Positions 9,501 through 17,001 of a DNA stretch of 64,000 nt are shown piece by piece. This DNA is from an uncultured Candidatus Saccharibacteria bacterium (GTDB lineage: Bacteria; Patescibacteriota; Saccharimonadia; CAILAD01; GCA-016700035). The translations under genes were made by a program, and so were the position numbers. The DNA is taken from NCBI GenBank assembly GCA_964535385.1, contig CAZHSY010000004.1:7762-71761 (forward strand). The letters are read 5' to 3'. How positions within the stretch are numbered: the stretch's first letter is position 1; each line of letters opens with the position of its first letter. The notes beneath the pieces were generated by a model, which was not told the DNA's origin, made no database searches, and saw only the letters and a list, made by a program, of their open reading frames with translations.

Positions 9501-10712
9501 ATGATTGATTTTCGTTACAAAGCTCGCGATAAGGGCACTGGCCGAGTTATTGCTGGTAGCATTTCGGCCGATACCGAGCTAGCGGCCGGCAAGCTGCTAC
9601 TCAAGCAAGATCTCTATCCGATCGAGCTCAGGCCTCAGAAAGGCACGATCTTCTCGAGTGCCCAGTCGGTGGGCAAGGTTCGTCTAAAAGACCGGGTGAT
9701 CTTTACGCGCCAACTCTCTACTTTAATTAAAGCTGGCTTGCCGGTCGGCCAAGCTCTTGCTGGTGTGCAGAACCAGGTCAGTAATAAGAAGCTCCAGGGT
9801 ATTATCTTTCGCCTCGAGAAATCGGTCGAGGGTGGCTCGCCGCTGAGTCAAGCTCTGGCTGAGTACCCGCAGAATTTTAACTCTATTTATGTTGCTCTCG
9901 TCCAAGCCGGTGAGGCTAGTGGTACCCTCGAGAAGACCCTCGAGCGCCTGGCCGACCAGCTCGAGAAAGAGGCCGAGATCGTCTCGAAGATCCGTGGTGC
10001 CTTGGTTTATCCAGCCGTGGTTATGGTGGTGATTATGGCGGTTATGGGTTACATGATATCGAGCGTGGTGCCACAGATAGCCACTTTATATAAAAGCTTT
10101 AATAAGCCGTTGCCGTGGCTTACTCTGGCGATAGTTGGTACGGCTGATATTTTTGTAAAATATTGGTTCCTAGTTATTCCTCTGATTGCAGCTGCGATCT
10201 ACGGTATTTATGTTTATATCAAAAGTCCAAACGGTCGCAAGGTGGTTGATAAACTCAAGCTGACTCTACCGCCCTTCAATCAGCTTCTCAGTAAGATGTA
10301 TATGGCTCGCTTCGCCCGGACATTGGCCAGTCTCACTAGTAGTGGTGTACCGATTCTCGAGTCGATGCGGCTCGTAGGGGAGAGTGTCAATAATCTCACA
10401 CTCAAGGCGGAGGTTGATATCATGATGAATGAGATTAAATCCGGTCGAGCGCTGTCCGAAGCCTTAGTAAAGACAGAATATTTCTTACCACTCGTCAGTC
10501 AGATGGTAAAAGTCGGTGAGGAGTCAGGGACGATGGGCGAGATGCTCGATCGGCTAGCGACCTATTACGAGAATGAAGTTGATCAGCTTGTGAAGAACAT
10601 CTCAACTCTCATAGAGCCGATATTGATTGTCTTTTTGGGATTTATGGTGATGATTATTATTCTCGGTATCTTGTATCCAGTTTACTCGCTGGTGGGGGGT
10701 GGTATTACGTAG
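9501..10712 (+). CDS. pilC: Type IV pilus inner-membrane platform protein PilC (GspF family).
   Basis: 403 aa with two T2SS_F-like repeats and 3-4 TM helices. Located between pilT and the pilin gene. Confidence 0.85.
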   Translation: MIDFRYKARDKGTGRVIAGSISADTELAAGKLLLKQDLYPIELRPQKGTIFSSAQSVGKVRLKDRVIFTRQLSTLIKAGLPVGQALAGVQNQVSNKKLQGIIFRLEKSVEGGSPLSQALAEYPQNFNSIYVALVQAGEASGTLEKTLERLADQLEKEAEIVSKIRGALVYPAVVMVVIMAVMGYMISSVVPQIATLYKSFNKPLPWLTLAIVGTADIFVKYWFLVIPLIAAAIYGIYVYIKSPNGRKVVDKLKLTLPPFNQLLSKMYMARFARTLASLTSSGVPILESMRLVGESVNNLTLKAEVDIMMNEIKSGRALSEALVKTEYFLPLVSQMVKVGEESGTMGEMLDRLATYYENEVDQLVKNISTLIEPILIVFLGFMVMIIILGILYPVYSLVGGGIT

Positions 10713-10722
10713 CTGACCTATA

Positions 10723-10750
10723 TTGACGGTTAGGGCGAACCTGCTATCAT
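10723..10750 (+). promoter_or_regulatory. Sigma-70-type promoter for the major pilin gene.
   Basis: TTGACG at 10723-10728, a 16 nt spacer, then TATCAT at 10745-10750. A strong Shine-Dalgarno sequence AAGGAGG at 10784-10790 precedes the ATG at 10795. Confidence 0.5.
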
Positions 10751-10794
10751 AAGCATAAGCGTTATATCGTGAAATTATTCTTTAAGGAGGAATT

Positions 10795-11190
10795 ATGTCA
10801 ACAAAACTAAAACGTGGCTTTACGTTAATCGAGATCGTTATCGTTCTAGCCATCGCTGCCCTCATTATGGTAGTGGTATTCTTGGCTGTTCAGGGCGCTC
10901 AGCGTGGACAGCGTGATCAACAGCGTAAGGATTTAGCCGCAAGGGCATTGTCTAAGTTCGAAGAGTACAAAGGCAATAACAATGGTAGCGTACCGACCAC
11001 AAATGAGTTGCAAGCCTATTTCACGGCAGGTGAGCTTGGAACCATTGGTTCGACATCTGCTACTGTCAGTGTTGGTAGTGCCCCTTCGTGTAGTGGTGCA
11101 ACTTTTGAAGCAGTCGTAGTAGCCGGCGTACCGGATAAAGGTACTATCTGTCTCGAAGCGAATAATGCGCTCTATCAGACTAATCGGTAG
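10795..11190 (+). CDS. pilA: Major type IV pilin (PilA-like prepilin).
   Basis: 131 aa. Class III leader MSTKLKRG|FTLIEIVIVLAIAALIMVV (G-F-T-L-I-E prepilin cleavage/methylation motif) and a C-terminal Cys pair. Confidence 0.8.
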   Translation: MSTKLKRGFTLIEIVIVLAIAALIMVVVFLAVQGAQRGQRDQQRKDLAARALSKFEEYKGNNNGSVPTTNELQAYFTAGELGTIGSTSATVSVGSAPSCSGATFEAVVVAGVPDKGTICLEANNALYQTNR

Positions 11191-11247
11191 TTTGTGTTCA
11201 GAGTCCGACTACAAATAAGAGAGGCATTGCCCCTCTTATTTGTTTAG

Positions 11248-12078
11248 ATGGGCTTTCTATATCATGGATTTATGTTAATCTCTCCTTTTACCACCTTTGA
11301 TATGGCTTGGCTAATCTTTATATATGGTCTGCTTATAGGTTCCTTCCTCAATGCCTGGATCTGGCGGCTCAAGCATAACCGCAAGATCTCGCGTGGTCGT
11401 TCGGAGTGCCCGCACTGCCATACGGCCCTACATTGGTATGAGTTGATCCCGGTACTTTCTTGGCTGGGGCTCAGAGGTCAGTGCCGGACCTGTCAGAAGC
11501 CAATCTCCATCCAATACCCCATTGTAGAGTTGGTGATGGGGCTTTCTTGGGCTGGCATTTTTATGGTGATTCAGCCGCATGATCTCTACTCGGGGCTTTT
11601 ACTGGCTGTTTGGCTAATTGTAGTCAGCTTGATGATAGCCGCCTTTGTCTTCGATGCCCGCTGGATGTATCTGCCAGACCAATTCACTTTACCGGCCATT
11701 GCTGTGGCCTTGATTTGGCTGATCGTGCGTTGGATTGGCTTTGGAGAAGGCACTCTGGCCCTGCAGCAGCTGGCGGGAGCGGCACTCTTCGGTGGCAGTT
11801 TTTGGGCACTGTGGTATTTTTCTGGCGGGAAATGGTTGGGGGATGGTGACATCCGCCTGGCAGTCTTGATGGGGTTGCTTCTAACCACTTCTCAGCTCAT
11901 GATTGCGATCTTCTTAAGCTTTAATATAGGTGCAATCGTCGGCGTGAGCCTGATAGCTACTGGTGTACGCACGCGTCGCGATCCGATCCCATTCGGTCCT
12001 TTCTTGATCACCGGCCTCCTCTTAAGTGCACTCTTTGGCAGCACACTCGTCAATTGGTACCTCAACCTGTTTCTCTAA
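11248..12078 (+). CDS. pilD: Prepilin peptidase PilD (A24 family).
   Basis: N-terminal CPHC...CRTC zinc-binding tetracysteine and multiple TM helices. 276 aa. Confidence 0.85.
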   Translation: MGFLYHGFMLISPFTTFDMAWLIFIYGLLIGSFLNAWIWRLKHNRKISRGRSECPHCHTALHWYELIPVLSWLGLRGQCRTCQKPISIQYPIVELVMGLSWAGIFMVIQPHDLYSGLLLAVWLIVVSLMIAAFVFDARWMYLPDQFTLPAIAVALIWLIVRWIGFGEGTLALQQLAGAALFGGSFWALWYFSGGKWLGDGDIRLAVLMGLLLTTSQLMIAIFLSFNIGAIVGVSLIATGVRTRRDPIPFGPFLITGLLLSALFGSTLVNWYLNLFL

Positions 12079-12090
12079 AAACAAGAAAAA

Positions 12091-12176
12091 CAAGGCCAGG
12101 CCTACCGTTTCGGTAGGCCTGGCCTTGCAGCAGCAGCATTCGTTTCGGTAGGCCTGGCCTTGCAGCAGCAGCATTC
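12091..12176 (+). repeat. Perfect 17 bp-stem hairpin (12091-12127) overlapping two tandem copies of a 35 bp unit (12107-12141 and 12142-12176). Probable terminator after pilD.
   Basis: caaggccaggcctaccg-ttt-cggtaggcctggccttg, then gtttcggtaggcctggccttgcagcagcagcattc repeated twice exactly. Confidence 0.7.
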
Positions 12177-12235
12177 AGGTTTCGTAGCCACATCGAAAGC
12201 ACAAGTGGTATACTAGTGCCAGATTAGGCATTACT

Positions 12236-13033
12236 GTGCGAAGACGACGTCAAGATACAAAAACCTTTCCGCGAGGGCTCAACCTAGTTGAGCTAATGAT
12301 TGTTATGGCCATCAGCACGATGTTGATGGGCGGGGCGATGCTGTGGTTTCGTGAGCAAGAAACCACAGATTTTTACAATAATTCTCGACAGCTTGATGCG
12401 TATGTGCGCGAGTTGCAGAGTGAGTCGAGCTCGAACATCGTGCCGGGGTTCAGCGGTAATGCTGGCTGCAATACGGTAGCTCGCACTAACTGTCCAATTA
12501 AGCAAAATGAAGAAGTCTTTGGCACGGCCATGCTAGTCCAAGGGGGGTCGGCTGATCCGAAGTTTACAATTTATTATCTGAAGTCGAGTGGTCGTGCCAC
12601 GCCGTCAGCCCAACCGACCAAGGTTGAAGCCTATGGTACGCCACAGACATATGAGCTTCCGGCCACAGTACGGTATACTGGCGCCAATCGGATACCAGCT
12701 AGTGGACCGTGTATCCCGTCGGGGGCTAATTATAGCCAGATTGCTCGACATGACATAGGCGGTGATGCGACTGGCTTTCAGGCTCAGCAGCCGATGATGA
12801 TTGTCTTCCGTCGTCAACCCAGTGCCTACTACGTCTTCACTGGCGGCGATGCGAGTTTCGGGGGAGCAGCTGGCGATATGAATAGCTACGGCTACACGGC
12901 TCCTACAGCCACCTATCGTCCCTGTGCGGCTACATGGGAGTTTGAAGGCGGCAATGCCACTGCGCCACCACAGCGTACCTTTGAGATGATTTTTAATGTC
13001 CTCAATACAACCACGAGGCTACAGACACGATGA
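12236..13033 (+). CDS. Minor pilin / pseudopilin with a prepilin-type N-terminus.
   Basis: N-terminus ...FPRG|LNLVELMIVMAISTMLMGG (G-L-N-L-V-E class III signal). An extended -10 element TGGTATACT sits upstream at about 12203-12212. Confidence 0.6.
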   Translation: MRRRRQDTKTFPRGLNLVELMIVMAISTMLMGGAMLWFREQETTDFYNNSRQLDAYVRELQSESSSNIVPGFSGNAGCNTVARTNCPIKQNEEVFGTAMLVQGGSADPKFTIYYLKSSGRATPSAQPTKVEAYGTPQTYELPATVRYTGANRIPASGPCIPSGANYSQIARHDIGGDATGFQAQQPMMIVFRRQPSAYYVFTGGDASFGGAAGDMNSYGYTAPTATYRPCAATWEFEGGNATAPPQRTFEMIFNVLNTTTRLQTR

Positions 13034-13626
13034 GGCTACTGGCTTGGCGTCGACGAGGCATGACTCTTATCGAAATCATGTTTGCCTTTGCCATTCTTAC
13101 GACCATCCTTATGGTAGCTTATACCTCGGCTCTGAATGCCTATCGCTCAGCCGTGATAGCGAATCAGCGGACACAGGCCCAGGCCTTTGCACAGCAGCAG
13201 ATTGAGCAGCTCAAGGCCTTGCGAGGTCAGTCGAGTCCATACTTTAATTGGTATAACGCAGGTGTTGGAGCGAATGATTTTTTGAGTCAGGTGCTAGGTG
13301 GTGGTGCCAAGCAGTTTGTCGTAAAACCTTGCGGCCCAGGTAGCGGCACGAGCTGTGGTGCTTGGGAGGTTGTACCCGGGGGAGCGATGTCGGATCATGC
13401 AGTAGGCTCAGCCGTGGGCGATAATGATGCCACAGACTTTACGATCGTCATGCAGGTGACTGACTGTTATGGGCCAACCGGTAAGCTGGCCGGCTGCCCG
13501 CCGGCTGACTTGAGCGCGGTTCGGTCGGTCGGAGTACAGGTGAATGTGGGCTGGCTATCGGCGACCGGCGTTCAGAGTAGCCTCACTGAGAACACCATCC
13601 TAACCAAGCCAGGGGATGGTTCATGA
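13030..13626 (+). CDS. Minor pilin (PilV/FimU-like) with a prepilin-type N-terminus.
   Basis: ATGA overlap with the upstream gene. N-terminus RRG|MTLIEIMFAFAILTTILMVAYT. Confidence 0.65.
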   Translation: MRLLAWRRRGMTLIEIMFAFAILTTILMVAYTSALNAYRSAVIANQRTQAQAFAQQQIEQLKALRGQSSPYFNWYNAGVGANDFLSQVLGGGAKQFVVKPCGPGSGTSCGAWEVVPGGAMSDHAVGSAVGDNDATDFTIVMQVTDCYGPTGKLAGCPPADLSAVRSVGVQVNVGWLSATGVQSSLTENTILTKPGDGS

Positions 13627-14312
13627 AGTCTGTGAAAAGTTACCACCCCCAGGGCTTTACGTTAATTGAGATTACCTTCTCGATAGCATTCTTGACGATG
13701 ATACTAGCGACGGTCTTAGCGGGCTTTATCGGCATCATGGGGCTCTACAATCGCTCCCAGGGGCTTGGCTTGACAGCGACAGCGGCTCGTAATTCCCTTA
13801 ATACTTTGACAGAAGACTTGCGTCAGACGACGAAGGTAGAGTTCTTCTCTGGCCCTGGTGCAAACGATACTTTTGGTAATGCAAATCCTCGATCTGCGCC
13901 GTTCCCGAGTGCTCCGATCAAGACATTTTACTGTTTGACCAGTGACACCCGACAAATCGGCTATGGTCTAGTGCGGAACGCGACATCGGGTAGATTTCAT
14001 CTAACTCGTTTCGAAGGCTCCAACGGTGCTAATGGTTGCTCAAGCTTGGAGCGAGCCCAGCAGTTGGTTGGTGATGATCTGTGGTCTGATTCTAGCCCTT
14101 CATTGCCGGAACCTCCCAGTAAAGACTACCGCCCCTTTGTTATCACGAGGGCTAATGCAAATCCAGCCTTGGCGGCAGATGCTCCGGTCTGGCAGTTACG
14201 TGTCTCGGTCCATCGTGGCAGCCGGATTCCCGGCGTATCAGGGCAAGAGTTCTTGACCGACCAATTCTCAGCCGAGACAACCTTACAGACAACAGTATTG
14301 TCTCGGCCATGA
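13623..14312 (+). CDS. Minor pilin (PilW-like) with a prepilin-type N-terminus.
   Basis: ATGA overlap with the upstream gene. N-terminus PQG|FTLIEITFSIAFLTMILATVLAG. Confidence 0.65.
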   Translation: MKSVKSYHPQGFTLIEITFSIAFLTMILATVLAGFIGIMGLYNRSQGLGLTATAARNSLNTLTEDLRQTTKVEFFSGPGANDTFGNANPRSAPFPSAPIKTFYCLTSDTRQIGYGLVRNATSGRFHLTRFEGSNGANGCSSLERAQQLVGDDLWSDSSPSLPEPPSKDYRPFVITRANANPALAADAPVWQLRVSVHRGSRIPGVSGQEFLTDQFSAETTLQTTVLSRP

Positions 14313-14424
14313 GGGGAGTCGGCCGTCTGTTGTTAGGCTCAAAGGAGCTCAAGGTGATGTTTGCAGGCTTGCCAAAGTGTAGTAGTATTAAACCAGTTAT
14401 GGTTTATACAGAAGGTAGAGTGGC

Positions 14425-15864
14425 ATGGTAGGAAAAAACCTTCGTCTCCCGCGTCTTAATCTTACTCGGCAGCGTGGTTCGGCAGCGTTGATCGTCACGA
14501 TTGCGATCTCGTTGATTTTAGTTGTACTCTTCGTGGGCGCGACGACGATCGCTACCCGTCAAATTCGCGAGTCTATTAATAGTGACAATGCCAATCGCGC
14601 ACTCTATGCAGCCGAGGCCGGTGTAGAAGATGCGGCTCGCCGTCTGGCCTCTGATCCGAATTTCTTGGAGCCAACTTGTAATGCTTCAGCACCTACAGCA
14701 GGTGAGGAGGTCAAGATCTCAGATAATAGTACAGCTGCCGATGTGGCCTGGACCTGCCGCACGATCACCCAGTCGGCTGATGAGCTAACTGGCAATCTCA
14801 GTAAAGATCAGAGCTTGGAACTCAATCTATCACGTTCGGCTACTGCGTTGGCTCCCGATATATCTGGTACGACCTACGCCTTGGAGCATGCTCGCTACAT
14901 GACGATCGAGTGGAATGATCCAAAGATTGACTCGACCACTCCCTATGGCGTAGGCGCCCTGGCAGCTGTGCCCGCTTCATCTCTGCCGCTCTACAGTAGC
15001 CCGAGTGATTGGGGTGGTCGAGCCGCGGCTCTAGAAGTCACCGCTACTTGGTTACCAAATACCTTGAATGCAGGCCAGTTTAACGCTATGGGTGGCGTGG
15101 CACCGATGCGGACGATCATAGCCTCGCCGGTTAACTCCGGTAATAATACCCCGTCAGTTGATTTCTCACCACTTAATGGCGGTGAAGGTTGTGCAGGCAC
15201 GGCTACAAATAGCTTTAGCTGTTGGCCAGTTGCTGGTGTTCAGGAAGCACAGGGTGTTGGGGCCGGTTCCTTGCGTAGTAATGGCTCAGTCAAGTGTAGC
15301 AATGACCAATCAGTTGCCTTTAGTTGCAAGTTTCCATCAAATGCCGATACCACAACTAATAAGACTACTAAGTATGACCTTAGAGACATCATGAAGACTG
15401 AGTACGATGCTAATTATGCCGTCGGCAACCCTAATGCCCAGCCTGCAGTGCAGCCAGGTGGTATTTGTGGCGCCGACCCAACTGCTGGCTGTGTTTTGTT
15501 TCTACGTCTCAAGGCTCGCTATGCTTCGACGAGCTACAGTATTCGTTTCTATGATAAAGATGGTCAACCCGTCTATGTGCCCGATGGCTATGCCACGATC
15601 GACGTCACGGCTCGCAGTAATAATTACTTCCGTCGTGTAGTGGCTAAGAAGCGCATTTCACCAAGTGTCTATGATGGTGTTTTCGATAATGCACTCTTCT
15701 CGGGCACAACGATTTGTAAGACGATGCAGGTTTATAAGGACTTCCGGGGCGCTCCAGACTATACGCAGAATGTAGTGCCTGTTGGTGGTAACCCAACTGG
15801 CCTAACGCCAAATACGAATGCTGGTAAGAATAGCGGTAGCTGCAACGAAAACGCTACCCCCTGA
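14425..15864 (+). CDS. PilX-like type IV pilus assembly / tip-associated protein (479 aa).
   Basis: N-terminal hydrophobic segment RQRGSAALIVTIAISLILVVL followed by ALYAAEAGVEDAARRL, as in PilX_N domains. Large Cys-containing C-terminal region. Confidence 0.55.
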   Translation: MVGKNLRLPRLNLTRQRGSAALIVTIAISLILVVLFVGATTIATRQIRESINSDNANRALYAAEAGVEDAARRLASDPNFLEPTCNASAPTAGEEVKISDNSTAADVAWTCRTITQSADELTGNLSKDQSLELNLSRSATALAPDISGTTYALEHARYMTIEWNDPKIDSTTPYGVGALAAVPASSLPLYSSPSDWGGRAAALEVTATWLPNTLNAGQFNAMGGVAPMRTIIASPVNSGNNTPSVDFSPLNGGEGCAGTATNSFSCWPVAGVQEAQGVGAGSLRSNGSVKCSNDQSVAFSCKFPSNADTTTNKTTKYDLRDIMKTEYDANYAVGNPNAQPAVQPGGICGADPTAGCVLFLRLKARYASTSYSIRFYDKDGQPVYVPDGYATIDVTARSNNYFRRVVAKKRISPSVYDGVFDNALFSGTTICKTMQVYKDFRGAPDYTQNVVPVGGNPTGLTPNTNAGKNSGSCNENATP

Positions 15865-15994
15865 TTAATCACGTGATTAAAGCACTCTAAACAAAATTTA
15901 GAGTGCTTCTCCAATGAAATGAGGCTTAACCTTTCCTACAAGGTTAAGCCTCATTTATGTAGGCCTAGTATTTGCAGGCTAAACTCACAAGACT

Positions 15995-16909
15995 CTACTC
16001 TTCGGCCGACCCATTGCCTGAGTGAAACTTCTGATGTACCTCGCGCAGCTTAGGGTTGGTGAGGTGAGTGTAGACTTGGGTGGTGGCGACATTCGCGTGA
16101 CCCAGCATTTCTTGCACACTACGCAAGTCAGCTCCGTGGGTTAGGAGATCGGTGGCGAAGGAGTGGCGCAGGGTGTGCGGTGTGACTTTCTTAGTGATGC
16201 CGGCCTTGATGCGATAGCGCTCGATGATGCGTTGAATCGTTCGTGGAGTCAGTCGGCTAGTCTCGGCCTGCTGTTTCTTACCTTTATAGTTTGTAAATAA
16301 CGCCGTCTCGTCATCATCACGAGTGCTTAGGTATTCAGCTAGGGCGTCACGAGCGACGTCAGTTAGGAAGACCGGACGATCCTTCTGGCCTTTACCACGA
16401 ACCGTAAACTCACTGCGGTCGAGGTTGACATGGTCGCGGTTGAGGCCGACCAGCTCTGAGACGCGTAGGCCACCTGAGAAAAGTAGCAACATGATAGCTC
16501 GGTCACGCTTATCGGCTTGTGTATCACCGTCAGCCGCATTGACGAGTCGCGCAATCTCATCGGCTTCGAGGAAGGCGACTTGAGGGCGTTTCGTCGAAGC
16601 TAGCTCGATCCTCTCGGGTGCCAGTGAGGGGATTTCTCGCTTAGTCAGATAGGTCAGGAAGGAGCGCAGCGCGATGAGGTGGTAGTTGATAGTAGTCAGC
16701 GACATACTGCGACCATCATTATTGACGTGCCGATTGAGCCACTTACGCCAGTCGGAGATGGTTCGATCGGTAATTTTGCCTACCTTAATATCGCCAGCAA
16801 ATTCATAGAAGCGGTCGAGGTAGAGGGTGTAGTTCTCAATGGTCTTGAGCGCCCGTCCCTTTTCTACTTCCAGGTAGTCGAGATATTCAGATAGATAATC
16901 ACCAAACAT
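15995..16909 (-). CDS. Tyrosine site-specific recombinase (XerC/XerD family).
   Basis: C-terminal catalytic motifs LRHSFATDLLTHGADLRSVQEMLGHANVATTQVYTHL. The likely start is the ATG at 16909 (MFGDYLSEYLDYLE...) rather than the ORF-track start at 17041. Confidence 0.8.
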   Translation of the reverse strand: MFGDYLSEYLDYLEVEKGRALKTIENYTLYLDRFYEFAGDIKVGKITDRTISDWRKWLNRHVNNDGRSMSLTTINYHLIALRSFLTYLTKREIPSLAPERIELASTKRPQVAFLEADEIARLVNAADGDTQADKRDRAIMLLLFSGGLRVSELVGLNRDHVNLDRSEFTVRGKGQKDRPVFLTDVARDALAEYLSTRDDDETALFTNYKGKKQQAETSRLTPRTIQRIIERYRIKAGITKKVTPHTLRHSFATDLLTHGADLRSVQEMLGHANVATTQVYTHLTNPKLREVHQKFHSGNGSAEE

Positions 16910-17001
16910 TAGCTTTATTCTACCATCTTGAGGATGACAAGAGGGCCTGCGGTGATCTCTTCTAAGTTGTTTTTTGAGACGTAAATGGTAGAATAATCCC
17001 C

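Noticed and set aside
12091-12176. Possible CRISPR repeat.
   Set aside because: There are only two immediately adjacent copies with no spacers. The unit contains its own palindrome, typical of terminator duplication. There are no cas genes in the window.
3717-15864. Looked for a pilQ secretin, pilF or tsaP near the pilus genes.
   Set aside because: None is present in the window. Absence is recorded as an observation, not as a feature.
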